Part shown: positions 15,713-24,201 of the stretch, in pieces
How the letters are laid out: each line of letters opens with the position of its first letter
Position numbering within the stretch: the first letter of the stretch is position 1
Notes under the pieces: generated by a model
What the model saw: only the letters and a program-made list of their open reading frames with translations
Database searches by the model: none
Told to the model about the DNA's origin: nothing
Position numbers and translations under genes: made by a program
Assembly (NCBI GenBank): GCA_030838785.1
Contig: JAUZEY010000207.1
Span: 1 to 34,874 of the forward strand
Origin: Actinomycetota bacterium
GTDB taxonomy: Bacteria; Actinomycetota; Acidimicrobiia; IMCC26256; BP-133
Direction of reading: 5' to 3'
Length of the DNA stretch: 34,874 nt

Positions 15713-16201
15713 ATGAGCGACTACCCCCCGCCGCCCCCGCCGCCCCCCGGGCCGGCCGGGGCCAGAGAGCCGGTCGACGCCCTCGGGCGGCCGCTGGCGG
15801 CCTGGGGGCAGCGGCTGGGGGCGTTCGTCATCGACATGGTCTTCGTCTTCGTGGTCACGTTCTGCGCCTCGGTCCTCTTCGGCCTGCGCCACCGCTTCGC
15901 CGGAGCGCTCCTGTCGCTGGTGATGGCCGCCGCCTACTACGCCGTGCTCAACGGCAGCGAGATGGGCCAGACGTTCGGCAAGAGGGTGCTCGGAATCCAG
16001 GTCCGCGACGCTGCCTCCGGAGGCCCGATCGGCGTCGAGCGGGCCGCCCTCCGCTACGTCGTGGTCGGGCTGTTCCAGATCATCCCGTTCTTCAGCCTGT
16101 TCACCCTTCTCGACGGGCTGTGGCCTTTGTGGGACCGGGCCCGCCAGGCGCTGCACGACAAGATCGCCGGCAGCGTCGTCGTCCGGCTCACGCCGTCGTG
16201 A
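15713..16201 (+). CDS. RDD-family membrane protein
   Basis: Pro-rich N-terminus; LAAWGQRLGAFVID, GQTFGKRVLGIQV, RQALHDKIAGSVVV. Confidence 0.92.
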   Translation: MSDYPPPPPPPPGPAGAREPVDALGRPLAAWGQRLGAFVIDMVFVFVVTFCASVLFGLRHRFAGALLSLVMAAAYYAVLNGSEMGQTFGKRVLGIQVRDAASGGPIGVERAALRYVVVGLFQIIPFFSLFTLLDGLWPLWDRARQALHDKIAGSVVVRLTPS

Positions 16202-16706
16202 CGGCCCGCTCCACGGGCACGGCCCGGGTGAAGAGATCCAGCACCGGGCAGTGCTCATCGACGGCGGCGGCCAGCTCCTCGTAGCGGGCGGCGGGCTCGG
16301 GGCCCTCCAGGGTGACCGAGCACCGCACCGCCGACGGTGCCGGTGTACCCGACCCGGGGAACCCGAAGAAGGCGCCGGTGTCGAAGTTGGCCTCCACCGT
16401 GACCGTGACGCCGTCGAGGCGGAGCCCGAGCTCCTCGGCCCAGTAGCGGTAGGTGATCGCCTGGCAGGAGCCGAGCGCGGCCAGAGCCATCTGGACGGGG
16501 TTGGGCGCGGTCCCGGTGCCGCCGACCGACACCGGCTCGTCGGCGGCGAACTCGAAGGCGCCGGCCCGGAGGTCGACCCGGGTCCCGTCCCCCATTCGGG
16601 CGTCGGTCCGCAGCCGCACCACCGCCCGGGCCGGGTCGTCGCCCACCTTCTGCCGGGTGGCGGCGACAGCGTCACGGATGGTCGGGGGGCTGGGCGCAGC
16701 GGACAT
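16188..16706 (-). CDS. OsmC/Ohr-family protein
   Basis: DEPVSVGGTGTAPNPVQMALAALGSC and HCPV (two conserved Cys); TACCAT -10 lies 6 nt upstream. Confidence 0.9.
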   Translation of the reverse strand: MSAAPSPPTIRDAVAATRQKVGDDPARAVVRLRTDARMGDGTRVDLRAGAFEFAADEPVSVGGTGTAPNPVQMALAALGSCQAITYRYWAEELGLRLDGVTVTVEANFDTGAFFGFPGSGTPAPSAVRCSVTLEGPEPAARYEELAAAVDEHCPVLDLFTRAVPVERAVTTA

Positions 16707-16728
16707 GCGGCCATGGTAGGCAGACCGG

Positions 16729-17631
16729 GTGGAACCCGTCTCCCGTCCGCCTCGCGGTGATCTGGCGCTGATCGCCGTCGCCGTGGCCGCGGTGTCGACC
16801 TCGGCGCCGCTCATCCGGGAGGCGCAGGCGCCGGCGCTGGCCATCGCCTTCTGGAGAAACGCTCTGGCCGTCGCGGTCCTCGCCCCGGTCTGCGCCGTCC
16901 GCCGCCGGCCGGAGATCGCCCGCCTCGGTCGGGGACCGGCCGGCGGGGCGCTGCTGGCCGGCGCGTTCCTGGCGGCCCACTTCGCCACCTGGGTGCCCAG
17001 CCTGTCCTTCACCACCGTGGCCTCCTCGGTGGCGCTCGTGGCCACCCAGCCGGTCTGGGCGGCGCTGATGGCCCGGGCGCGGGGCTACGACGTCCCAGGC
17101 CGGGCGTGGGTCGGCATCGGGCTGGCCGTCGGCGGTGCCGTCCTCCTGACCGGGGTCGACGTCGCCCTTTCCGGCCGGGCGCTGACCGGCGACCTGCTGG
17201 CCCTGGCCGGGGGGATCCTGGCCGCGGCCTACGTCACGGTCGGCGGCGAGGTCCGCCAGACGGTGTCGACGACCGTCTACACCACCATCTGCTACTCGAC
17301 GGCGGCGGCGGTGCTCGTCCTCCTGTGCCTGGGCGGCGGGCAGGCCCTGGCCGGGTACGACGGCCGCACCTGGCTGTGCCTGGCGGCCCTGACCGCCGGA
17401 CCGCAGTTCCTCGGCCATTCCGTGGTGAACCGGGTGCTGCGCACCACCAGCGCCACGATCGTGTCGGTGGCCATCCTGTTCGAGATCGTGGGATCGACGG
17501 CGCTGGCCTGGATCGCCTTCGGAGAGACGCCCCCGGCCGGCGCCTACCCGGCCGCCGTCCTCATCGCCTTCGGGATCGTCCTCGTCGTGCTGTCCGGCCG
17601 ACCGCCGGAACCGGTGCCGGTCGTCGACTGA
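16729..17631 (+). CDS. DMT/EamA-family transporter
   Basis: About 10 TM segments in two EamA repeats; AIAFWR, FLAAHFATW, GDLLAL, PQFLGHS. Confidence 0.92.
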   Translation: MEPVSRPPRGDLALIAVAVAAVSTSAPLIREAQAPALAIAFWRNALAVAVLAPVCAVRRRPEIARLGRGPAGGALLAGAFLAAHFATWVPSLSFTTVASSVALVATQPVWAALMARARGYDVPGRAWVGIGLAVGGAVLLTGVDVALSGRALTGDLLALAGGILAAAYVTVGGEVRQTVSTTVYTTICYSTAAAVLVLLCLGGGQALAGYDGRTWLCLAALTAGPQFLGHSVVNRVLRTTSATIVSVAILFEIVGSTALAWIAFGETPPAGAYPAAVLIAFGIVLVVLSGRPPEPVPVVD

Positions 17632-17634
17632 CCG

Positions 17635-18585
17635 TTACGAACCTTCGGCCTGGACCCGGTAGCTGTTGCGGTTCTCCGAGCCGAGGATCATCGTGCAGTC
17701 GCCGAAGGCGGGGTCGAAGTCGCCGGACTCGACGTTGTCGCCCGGGGCGATGACCAGGGCGTGGAAGGGTTCCCGGTCGAGGAAGTCCTCCAGGCTGCCC
17801 GATCCCCGGTTGCGGTAGATGAACAGCGTGTCGTGGGTGGCCGTGACCAGCCAGTGGCGGTCGGGCGAAGGCTTGGCCACCGACACGCCCCGGGAGTCCG
17901 ACAGCTCGCCGAGCAGCGTGGGGACGTTGACGCCGCTGGTCGAGAGCGGCTTGTCGAAGCGGTAGACCTTGGCCGGAAAGGTCTTGGCCACCAGCACGAG
18001 CTTGTTGTCGTACGTGAACGCCGCCTCGGTGTTGGACTTGGCGTCGGGGTAGGAGTAGGCGTAGCGGGCGACGGCATGGGCGACGACGTCATGGTCGGGG
18101 TCGGGTTCGGGCACCTCGTAGACGTAGCGCTCGGTGCCCGTCTGGCCGCTCTCGACGATCCACAGGGCGCTGCTCCCGTCGGGGCGATCGAACCGGGTCA
18201 CGTCCTCCCAGTCCTTGTTGTTGGCGCCCTCCACCGGCATGACCCGGTTCGTGGCCACGCCGTCGGGGTTGAAGCGCAGGGCGTAGAGGTCGGGCGGATG
18301 ACCGGAGTCGCGGATCATCCACAGCGCCCCCGGATAGCGCTGGGAGGCGGCGAAGCCGGACGCCTCGCCTGATTCCTTGGGCAGGCCCTCGACGGTGCGC
18401 GCCGCGCCCCGGGGGGCGACCTGGCACCCCGTCCCGGCCCGCGCCGGGCCGGCGCCGCCGGCCGTGCCCGGTACGACCAATCCGACCAGGGCGGCCAGGG
18501 CCAGGAGGCGACCGGTACGAGGGCGCACGGGGGGCCGGGGCCTGCGCCCCTGACCCCCGGCGTGCACCGCTCCCGCTTCCATCAT
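17635..18585 (-). CDS. Secreted hypothetical protein, probable beta-propeller
   Basis: Signal-like RLLALAALVGLVVPG; EASGFAAS, DSG, NKDWEDV, NTEAA and NVES motifs suggest an acidic, metal-binding propeller. Confidence 0.7.
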   Translation of the reverse strand: MMEAGAVHAGGQGRRPRPPVRPRTGRLLALAALVGLVVPGTAGGAGPARAGTGCQVAPRGAARTVEGLPKESGEASGFAASQRYPGALWMIRDSGHPPDLYALRFNPDGVATNRVMPVEGANNKDWEDVTRFDRPDGSSALWIVESGQTGTERYVYEVPEPDPDHDVVAHAVARYAYSYPDAKSNTEAAFTYDNKLVLVAKTFPAKVYRFDKPLSTSGVNVPTLLGELSDSRGVSVAKPSPDRHWLVTATHDTLFIYRNRGSGSLEDFLDREPFHALVIAPGDNVESGDFDPAFGDCTMILGSENRNSYRVQAEGS

Positions 18586-18667
18586 CTGGTGCTTGTCCTG
18601 CGTTTCTCCGCCGCTCGGGCGGATGGGAGATCTTGGCTGAAACCAGGCTGACTTTGCAAGAAGAGAT

Positions 18668-19534
18668 CTACTTTGTTGCAGTTGAGGTTTCTGAGGTTCC
18701 TGAGGTTTTTGTTCCGGTGACAGCGTAGAAGGCGATGGCGGCCGCGCTGGCGACGTTGAGGGAGTCGGCTGCCGACCGCATGGGGATCGTCAGGCAGCGG
18801 TCGGCGGCGGCCAGGACGGCGGGGGAGAGGCCGGGCCCCTCGGCCCCGAGGAGGACGGCGACGCGCTCCCCGGGGCCGGGGGTCCATCCAGCCAGCGGTT
18901 CGGCCTCGGCGGCCGGCGTGAGGGCGGTCAGGGTGAACCCGGCGTCGCGCACGGTGGAGATCGCCTCCGGCCACGGCGCCAGGCGCGTCCAGGGCACGGC
19001 CAGCACGTGGCCCATGGAGACCCGCACCGACCGCCGGTACAGGGGATCGCAGCACCGGGGGGAGAGGAGCACGGCGTCGAGGCCGAGGCTGCCGGCGCTG
19101 CGGAAGATGACCCCCAGGTTCTCGTGGTCGTTGATGTCCTCCAGGACGGCGACCCGCCGGGCGGCGCCCAGGACGGCGGACGGGTCGGGGAGCGGCCACC
19201 GGTCGGCGGCGGCCAGAACGCCCCGGTGGACCGGGAACCCCGCCACGGCCTGCAGGGTCGGCTGGTCGGCCACCAGCACCGGCGCGTCGAGGCCGCCCAG
19301 CGCGGCGCCGAGGGCCTCGAGACGGATGCCGTCGACCAGGACCGACCGGATCCGCCGACCCGACGCCAGGAGTCGCCCGAGGGCGTGGGCGCCCTCGGCC
19401 ACGAAGAACCCGGGGTGGCCGGCGGCCGCGGTCTCCATCCGCCGCCGGGCCCGGGCGTCGTGCAGGTCCCGGTAGTCGTCGAACCGGGGGTCGCCGGGGT
19501 CGGACACGGCGACGGCAGCGACGGGCCGCTCCAC
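18668..19534 (-). CDS. TrmH/SpoU-family RNA methyltransferase
   Basis: FVAEG, HRGVLA, LEDINDHENLGVIFRS, DPLYRRSVRVSMG, LGAEGPGL, IPM...DSLNVASAAA. Confidence 0.95.
   Translation of the reverse strand: MERPVAAVAVSDPGDPRFDDYRDLHDARARRRMETAAAGHPGFFVAEGAHALGRLLASGRRIRSVLVDGIRLEALGAALGGLDAPVLVADQPTLQAVAGFPVHRGVLAAADRWPLPDPSAVLGAARRVAVLEDINDHENLGVIFRSAGSLGLDAVLLSPRCCDPLYRRSVRVSMGHVLAVPWTRLAPWPEAISTVRDAGFTLTALTPAAEAEPLAGWTPGPGERVAVLLGAEGPGLSPAVLAAADRCLTIPMRSAADSLNVASAAAIAFYAVTGTKTSGTSETSTATK
18683..18707. repeat. 9-bp-period direct repeat, TGAGGTT x3
   Basis: TGAGGTT at 18683, 18692 and 18701. Confidence 0.8.
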
Positions 19535-19542
19535 CCCGAGCT

Positions 19543-20184
19543 CTACAACACCCGCAGCGCGGCGACGTCGTCGCGCTCGCGGCGGGTGAGCGCCCGGAGG
19601 ACGGCGGCGTCGCCGTGGCGGCGCCGGGCCGCCTCGACCAGGGTGGCGACGGCGACGCCGGTGGCGGCCGGCAGCGGCGGCGGGGCGACGCCGAGGCTCA
19701 CGGCCAGGTCGTCGGCGTGGACGACCACCTCGATGAGCCGGGTCACGAGGTACTCGTCGAGGGTCAGGACGAGATCGCCGTAGACCCGGACCAGACGGCC
19801 GGCGGGCTCGGCCGCCAGCCGGGCCCGGATCCGGGCTGCGGCACCGGCCCAGGCGGCAGGGAACTCCTCGGGGCGCCCGGAGGCGGCCTCGACCCCCCGC
19901 TGGCGGATGGCCCGGTTGAAGTCGTCGTCGACGTCGGTCGAGGCGGCGACGACGGCGCCGTAGTACTCCGCGGCCGAGAGGGGCTCGGGGCCGGTGTCGG
20001 GCTCGGGGTTGTCCAGGTAGCCCTCGGCCGACGTGACGGCCCGCAGCAGGTGCCCGGCCAGCCCCCGGACGCTGAATCCGGCCAGGGCGCTGGGCCCGTC
20101 GAACCGCTCGAGGAGCGTCGCATCCCCGACCAGGGCCGTGGTGGCATCGACGGTGTCGCAGAACAGGAGCCGGATCTCGGTCAC
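19543..20184 (-). CDS. Mycothiol-dependent maleylpyruvate isomerase N-terminal (DinB-like) domain protein
   Basis: PSALAGFSVRGLAGHL and LDEYLVTRLIEVVVHADDLA (H...ExxxH metal motif). Confidence 0.85.
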   Translation of the reverse strand: MTEIRLLFCDTVDATTALVGDATLLERFDGPSALAGFSVRGLAGHLLRAVTSAEGYLDNPEPDTGPEPLSAAEYYGAVVAASTDVDDDFNRAIRQRGVEAASGRPEEFPAAWAGAAARIRARLAAEPAGRLVRVYGDLVLTLDEYLVTRLIEVVVHADDLAVSLGVAPPPLPAATGVAVATLVEAARRRHGDAAVLRALTRRERDDVAALRVL

Positions 20185-20223
20185 CCCGGGGAACTTAACC
20201 GTCACCCGGGTACGGTCGTGGGG

Positions 20224-20610
20224 GTGGAGCGGTACCTCGTTGACGGGATGAACGTGATCGGCTCGCGCCCCGACGGCTGGTGGCGGGACCTCGACGCCGC
20301 CGTGGTCCGCCTGGCCCGGTGCCTGGCGGGGTGGGCGGCGGCGGAGGGACACGACGTCACGGTGGTCTTCGACGGCCGGCCCCCGCCGGAGCTCGACGAG
20401 GTCGACATCGGCGGGCTGCAGGTGGCCTTCGCCGGGAAGGGCCGCCCGGCCGACGACGAGATCGTGCGCCGGGTCGGCATCGACCCCGATCCGGGCTCCC
20501 TGCGGGTGGTCACCAGCGACCGGCCGTTGGCCGAGCGCGTCCGGGCCGCCGGGGCCGGTGAGGTGGTGGGGGCGGGCGGATTCCGGCGGATGCTGGATCG
20601 TTACTGCTGA
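20224..20610 (+). CDS. NYN-domain (PIN-like) protein
   Basis: YLVDGMNVIGSRPDGWWRD, VVFDG, ADDEIV, VVTSDRPL. Confidence 0.88.
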   Translation: MERYLVDGMNVIGSRPDGWWRDLDAAVVRLARCLAGWAAAEGHDVTVVFDGRPPPELDEVDIGGLQVAFAGKGRPADDEIVRRVGIDPDPGSLRVVTSDRPLAERVRAAGAGEVVGAGGFRRMLDRYC

Positions 20611-20846
20611 TAGCCCTCCACGGTGGTGGCGTCGCGGACGTGGGCGTTCTCGGGGTCGCGGCCGGCGTGGCGGCTGGCCCGCCGCTGGCGCAGGAGGTCC
20701 CAACACTGATCGAGGGCGACCTCGACCGTCTTGAGCCGGGCCTCCTCGTGCGCGTCGAGGCCTTCACCCGCCCGGCTCGACTCGAGGAGGCGGTGCTCCT
20801 CGGCCACGAGGTCGTTGATCTGGCTGAGTACGGCGTCGTCGTCCAT
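20601..20846 (-). CDS. DUF2630-family protein
   Basis: [11 protein letters not shown]...[16 protein letters not shown]...VEGYQQ. Confidence 0.92.
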   Translation of the reverse strand: MDDDAVLSQINDLVAEEHRLLESSRAGEGLDAHEEARLKTVEVALDQCWDLLRQRRASRHAGRDPENAHVRDATTVEGYQQ

Positions 20847-20860
20847 GGCCCAGACGCTAC

Positions 20861-20902
20861 CCACTGCGAGAACCGGGCAGGCCACTCCGAGAAGCGGGCA
20901 GG
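20861..20902. repeat. 21-bp tandem duplication between the divergent DUF2630 and rnz genes
   Basis: CCACTGCGAGAACCGGGCAGG / CCACTCCGAGAAGCGGGCAGG (19 of 21 identical). Confidence 0.85.
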
Positions 20903-20911
20903 CTGTGGGGC

Positions 20912-21856
20912 ATGTCCGCCCGGGAGCTCGTCGTGCTGGGGACGGCCAGTCAGGCCCCCACCCGCCACCGCAACCACAACGGGTACCTCCTGCGCTGGGA
21001 CGCCGAGGGCCTGCTGTTCGACCCCGGCGAGGGTACCCAGCGGCAGATGCTCCTGGCCGGCGTGGCGTCGTCGACCATCACCCGGATCTGCGTCACCCAC
21101 TTCCACGGCGACCACTGCCTCGGCCTGCCCGGCGTCCTCCAGCGCCTCTCCCTCGATCAGGTCGCCCACCCGGTCGATGTCTGGTACCCGGCCGGCGGCC
21201 AGGAGTTCTTCGACCGGCTGCGGCGCTGCGCCCTCTACAACGACACGGTCGACGTCCGGCCCCACCCCGTTGATCTGCAGCAGGGGAGGCAGGTGAAGCC
21301 CCCGAGTGTCGTCGACCCCGGCCCCGAGCCGTTCACCCTGGTGGCGGCCCGGCTCGACCACCGCACGGAGACCCTGGGCTGGCGGCTCGAGGAGCCCGAC
21401 GGCCGCCGGATGCTGCCCGACCGGTTGGCGGCGGCCGGCGTCGCCGGGCCCGACGTCGGCCGGTTGCAACGGGAGGGGCGGCTGGTCACGGCGGACGGGC
21501 GGGAGGTGACGCTCGACGCCGTGAGCGAACCCCGCCGCGGCCAGGTGTTCGCCTTCGTGATGGACACCCGCCTCTGCGACGCCGCCTTCGCCCTCGCCGA
21601 GGGAGCCGACCTGGTCGTGTGCGAGTCGACGTTCCTCGAGCGCGACGCCGACCTCGCCGCAGCTTACGGCCATCTGACGGCCGCTCAGGCGGCCCGGGTG
21701 GCGGCCGACGCCGGGGCCCGGCGGCTCGTCCTCACCCATTTTTCCCAGCGTTATCCGGACGATTCCGATTTTTCTGCCGAAGCCGGGGAAATCTTTCCCG
21801 ACGTCGTGGTGGCCCGGGATCTCATCCGGGTTCCGGTGCCGCCCCGAACGGGGTAG
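20912..21856 (+). CDS. rnz: Ribonuclease Z
   Basis: [30 protein letters not shown], exosite [24 protein letters not shown]. Confidence 0.95.
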   Translation: MSARELVVLGTASQAPTRHRNHNGYLLRWDAEGLLFDPGEGTQRQMLLAGVASSTITRICVTHFHGDHCLGLPGVLQRLSLDQVAHPVDVWYPAGGQEFFDRLRRCALYNDTVDVRPHPVDLQQGRQVKPPSVVDPGPEPFTLVAARLDHRTETLGWRLEEPDGRRMLPDRLAAAGVAGPDVGRLQREGRLVTADGREVTLDAVSEPRRGQVFAFVMDTRLCDAAFALAEGADLVVCESTFLERDADLAAAYGHLTAAQAARVAADAGARRLVLTHFSQRYPDDSDFSAEAGEIFPDVVVARDLIRVPVPPRTG

Positions 21857-21894
21857 AGCGCTGTGGGACGGCGAAAAGGAGACGACGAGACACC

Positions 21895-22419
21895 ATGAGC
21901 CCGGCCAACACGACGCTCGACCGTGACCAGACCTCGGTGGCGGGCGACGACTACGCCCCCGGCGAGGACCGGCCACTCAGGGGCTACGCCGCCCTCATGG
22001 GCGCCTACGGTGCGGCCGTGGCCGCCGGCGTGGTGGCCCTGCGGCGCCGGAACGGGCCGCTGCCCGACGTGCGGCCGGCCGACGTCGTCCTGGTCGGGGT
22101 GGCCACCCACAAGCTCGCCCGGCGGATGTCGAAGGACAGCGTCACGAGCCCGCTGCGGGCGCCGTTCACCCGCTACGAAGGGGTGGCGGGCCCGGCCGAG
22201 CTCCAGGAGGGCGCCCGGGGATCGGGCTTCCGGAAGGCCGTCGGGGAGCTTGTCAGCTGCCCCTTCTGCCTCAGCCAGTGGGTCGCCACGGGCTTCGCCT
22301 TCGGGCTCATCGCCGCGCCCCGGGCCACCCGCTGGGCGGCGTCGGTCTTCGCCTCGCTGGCCCTGGCCGACTTCCTCCAGTTCGCCTACGCCTGGGCGGA
22401 ACAACAGGCGGAGCGCTGA
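21895..22419 (+). CDS. DUF1360-family membrane protein
   Basis: ATHKLARRMSKDSVTSPLRAPF and GELVSCPFCLSQWVA. Confidence 0.88.
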   Translation: MSPANTTLDRDQTSVAGDDYAPGEDRPLRGYAALMGAYGAAVAAGVVALRRRNGPLPDVRPADVVLVGVATHKLARRMSKDSVTSPLRAPFTRYEGVAGPAELQEGARGSGFRKAVGELVSCPFCLSQWVATGFAFGLIAAPRATRWAASVFASLALADFLQFAYAWAEQQAER

Positions 22420-22618
22420 TGTTGGAACGGTCAGCGTCACATCCGCCCCGTTCGCCCGTTTCGTCCGTAGCGGGTCGCTTAAGAAACAGGGTAGGGCGTG
22501 CCGTTAGGGCCAGGAGAGGCCCCGTGATGGAGAATTAGGGCAGAACTTGCGGAACACGTCGGCCCGCCACGACGTTGTACCGGTGCCCACTGAGATTATT
22601 TACAAGGAGTGAGCGGCC

Positions 22619-23479
22619 ATCAGCACCAAGGCTACCCATCGAGACCTTAGCGGTCCCTCCCTCGATCTGGCTCGCCTGTACCTCGAGGAGATCGGCGCCC
22701 GAGCTGTACCCGGGCCGGCCGAGCAGCTCGACCTGGGCCGGCGCGTCGCCGAGGGCGACGAGACGGCCAAGTGGGAGATGGTCGAGGCGAACCTGCGCCT
22801 CGTCGTCTACTGGGCCAAGCGCTACCAGCGCTCCGGCATGGACTTCCTGGATCTCGTCCAGGAGGGCACGATCGGCCTGGTCCGGGCGGTCGAGAAGTTC
22901 GACTGGACCAAGGGCTACCAGTTCTCCACCTATGCCACCTGGTGGATCCGCCAGGCCCTCCAGCGAGGGATCCAGCGGACCCGCACCACCATCTATGTCC
23001 CGGCCGACGCCGCCGACCGGCGCCGGGCGCTCGAGAAGATCGTCGAAGACCTCGAAGAGCGCCTCGGCCGGCCCCCCACCGACGAAGAGGTCGTGGCCGA
23101 GTCGGGCCTCGCCCACGAGCAGGTCGAAGCCGCCTTCGACGTCGCCCAGGTCGTCGCCTCGCTCGACCAGCCCGCCCGGGCCGGCGGCGAAACGACCCTC
23201 GGCGAGCTGGCGGCCGCCGACCAGACGGCCGCCGTCGAGGAGACCGTCCTCGAAGACGTGGCCAGCGACGAGCTGCACCGGGCCGTCAAGCGCCTTCCGG
23301 CGCTGGAGCGGTCCGTGGTCGAAGTTCGCTTCGGCCTGGCCGGCGAGGCGCCGGCCGGTGTGACCGCCGCCGCAGCCAAGCTGCACATGTCCCGCCGCCG
23401 CCTCCGCGACGTGGAGGCCCGGGCCCTGGCCCTCCTGGCCGAGAGCCCGGAGCTGGCCGGCGGGGCGCAGGCCGCTTAG
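22619..23479 (+). CDS. Sigma-70 family RNA polymerase sigma factor (RpoD/SigB-like regions 1.2, 2, 3, 4); probable ATC start
   Basis: Region 2 ANLRLVV...[18 protein letters not shown]...[12 protein letters not shown]. Region 1.2 [11 protein letters not shown] is in frame upstream of the first ATG (22778). AAGGAG lies 9 nt before ATC 22619. Confidence 0.88.
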   Translation: MSTKATHRDLSGPSLDLARLYLEEIGARAVPGPAEQLDLGRRVAEGDETAKWEMVEANLRLVVYWAKRYQRSGMDFLDLVQEGTIGLVRAVEKFDWTKGYQFSTYATWWIRQALQRGIQRTRTTIYVPADAADRRRALEKIVEDLEERLGRPPTDEEVVAESGLAHEQVEAAFDVAQVVASLDQPARAGGETTLGELAAADQTAAVEETVLEDVASDELHRAVKRLPALERSVVEVRFGLAGEAPAGVTAAAAKLHMSRRRLRDVEARALALLAESPELAGGAQAA

Positions 23480-23484
23480 AGAGC

Positions 23485-24201
23485 ATGACGGAGCCCGGGT
23501 CGGAGATGCTTCCGGCCCGGGCTCTGCCACTCCGTTCGTACATCGCCGCCCGCACCTCGGAGTTCACGCTGCGGGACGGGAGCAAGGTCCTGGTCCGCCC
23601 GGGAGGGCCCAGCGACCGGGCCCTCCTGGTGGAGGAATTCGAGCGGCTCTCGCCGGAGTCCCGTTACCGGCGCTTCTTCGCCCCGCTCCAGAAGCTTCCC
23701 GACCGCCTCCTCGACGCCCTCACCTCGATCGACTACGTCAACCATTTCGCCTGGGCGGCGCTGGCCCGGGAGGACGGGCGGTGCCACGGGGTCGGCGTCT
23801 CCCGCTACGTCCGGCTGCCGGACCCGACGGCGGCCGAAGCCGCCGTGACCGTCGTCGACGACTGGCAGGGGCGGGGCCTCGGCCGGATCCTCCTCGACGC
23901 CCTGGTCCTCGAGGCGCTCGAGAACGGGATCACCCGCTTCGAGGGCGACGTGCTGGTCGAGAACCGCCCGATGCAGGAGCTGCTCCGGCGGACGGGCGCC
24001 CGCTTCTCGCCCGAGGGGTCCGGGGTGCTCCGGTTCTCGATCGACCTCCCGGCCCGGGACGAGGCGCTGCGCGGCGCGCCGTTCGGCGACCTGCTGCGGG
24101 CCCTGGCCACGGGCGACGTGTCGCTCTACCAGGACGAGCCCTGTCCCTGGCTGTCCGGCCCGACCACGCCCGACGGGGACCCGTCAGGTCTGGAGGGGTA
24201 G
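23485..24201 (+). CDS. GNAT-family N-acetyltransferase (paralogue of 1803..2549)
   Basis: RLSPESRYRRFFAP, DYVNHFAWAAL, DDWQGRGLG, VLVENRPM. Confidence 0.88.
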   Translation: MTEPGSEMLPARALPLRSYIAARTSEFTLRDGSKVLVRPGGPSDRALLVEEFERLSPESRYRRFFAPLQKLPDRLLDALTSIDYVNHFAWAALAREDGRCHGVGVSRYVRLPDPTAAEAAVTVVDDWQGRGLGRILLDALVLEALENGITRFEGDVLVENRPMQELLRRTGARFSPEGSGVLRFSIDLPARDEALRGAPFGDLLRALATGDVSLYQDEPCPWLSGPTTPDGDPSGLEG

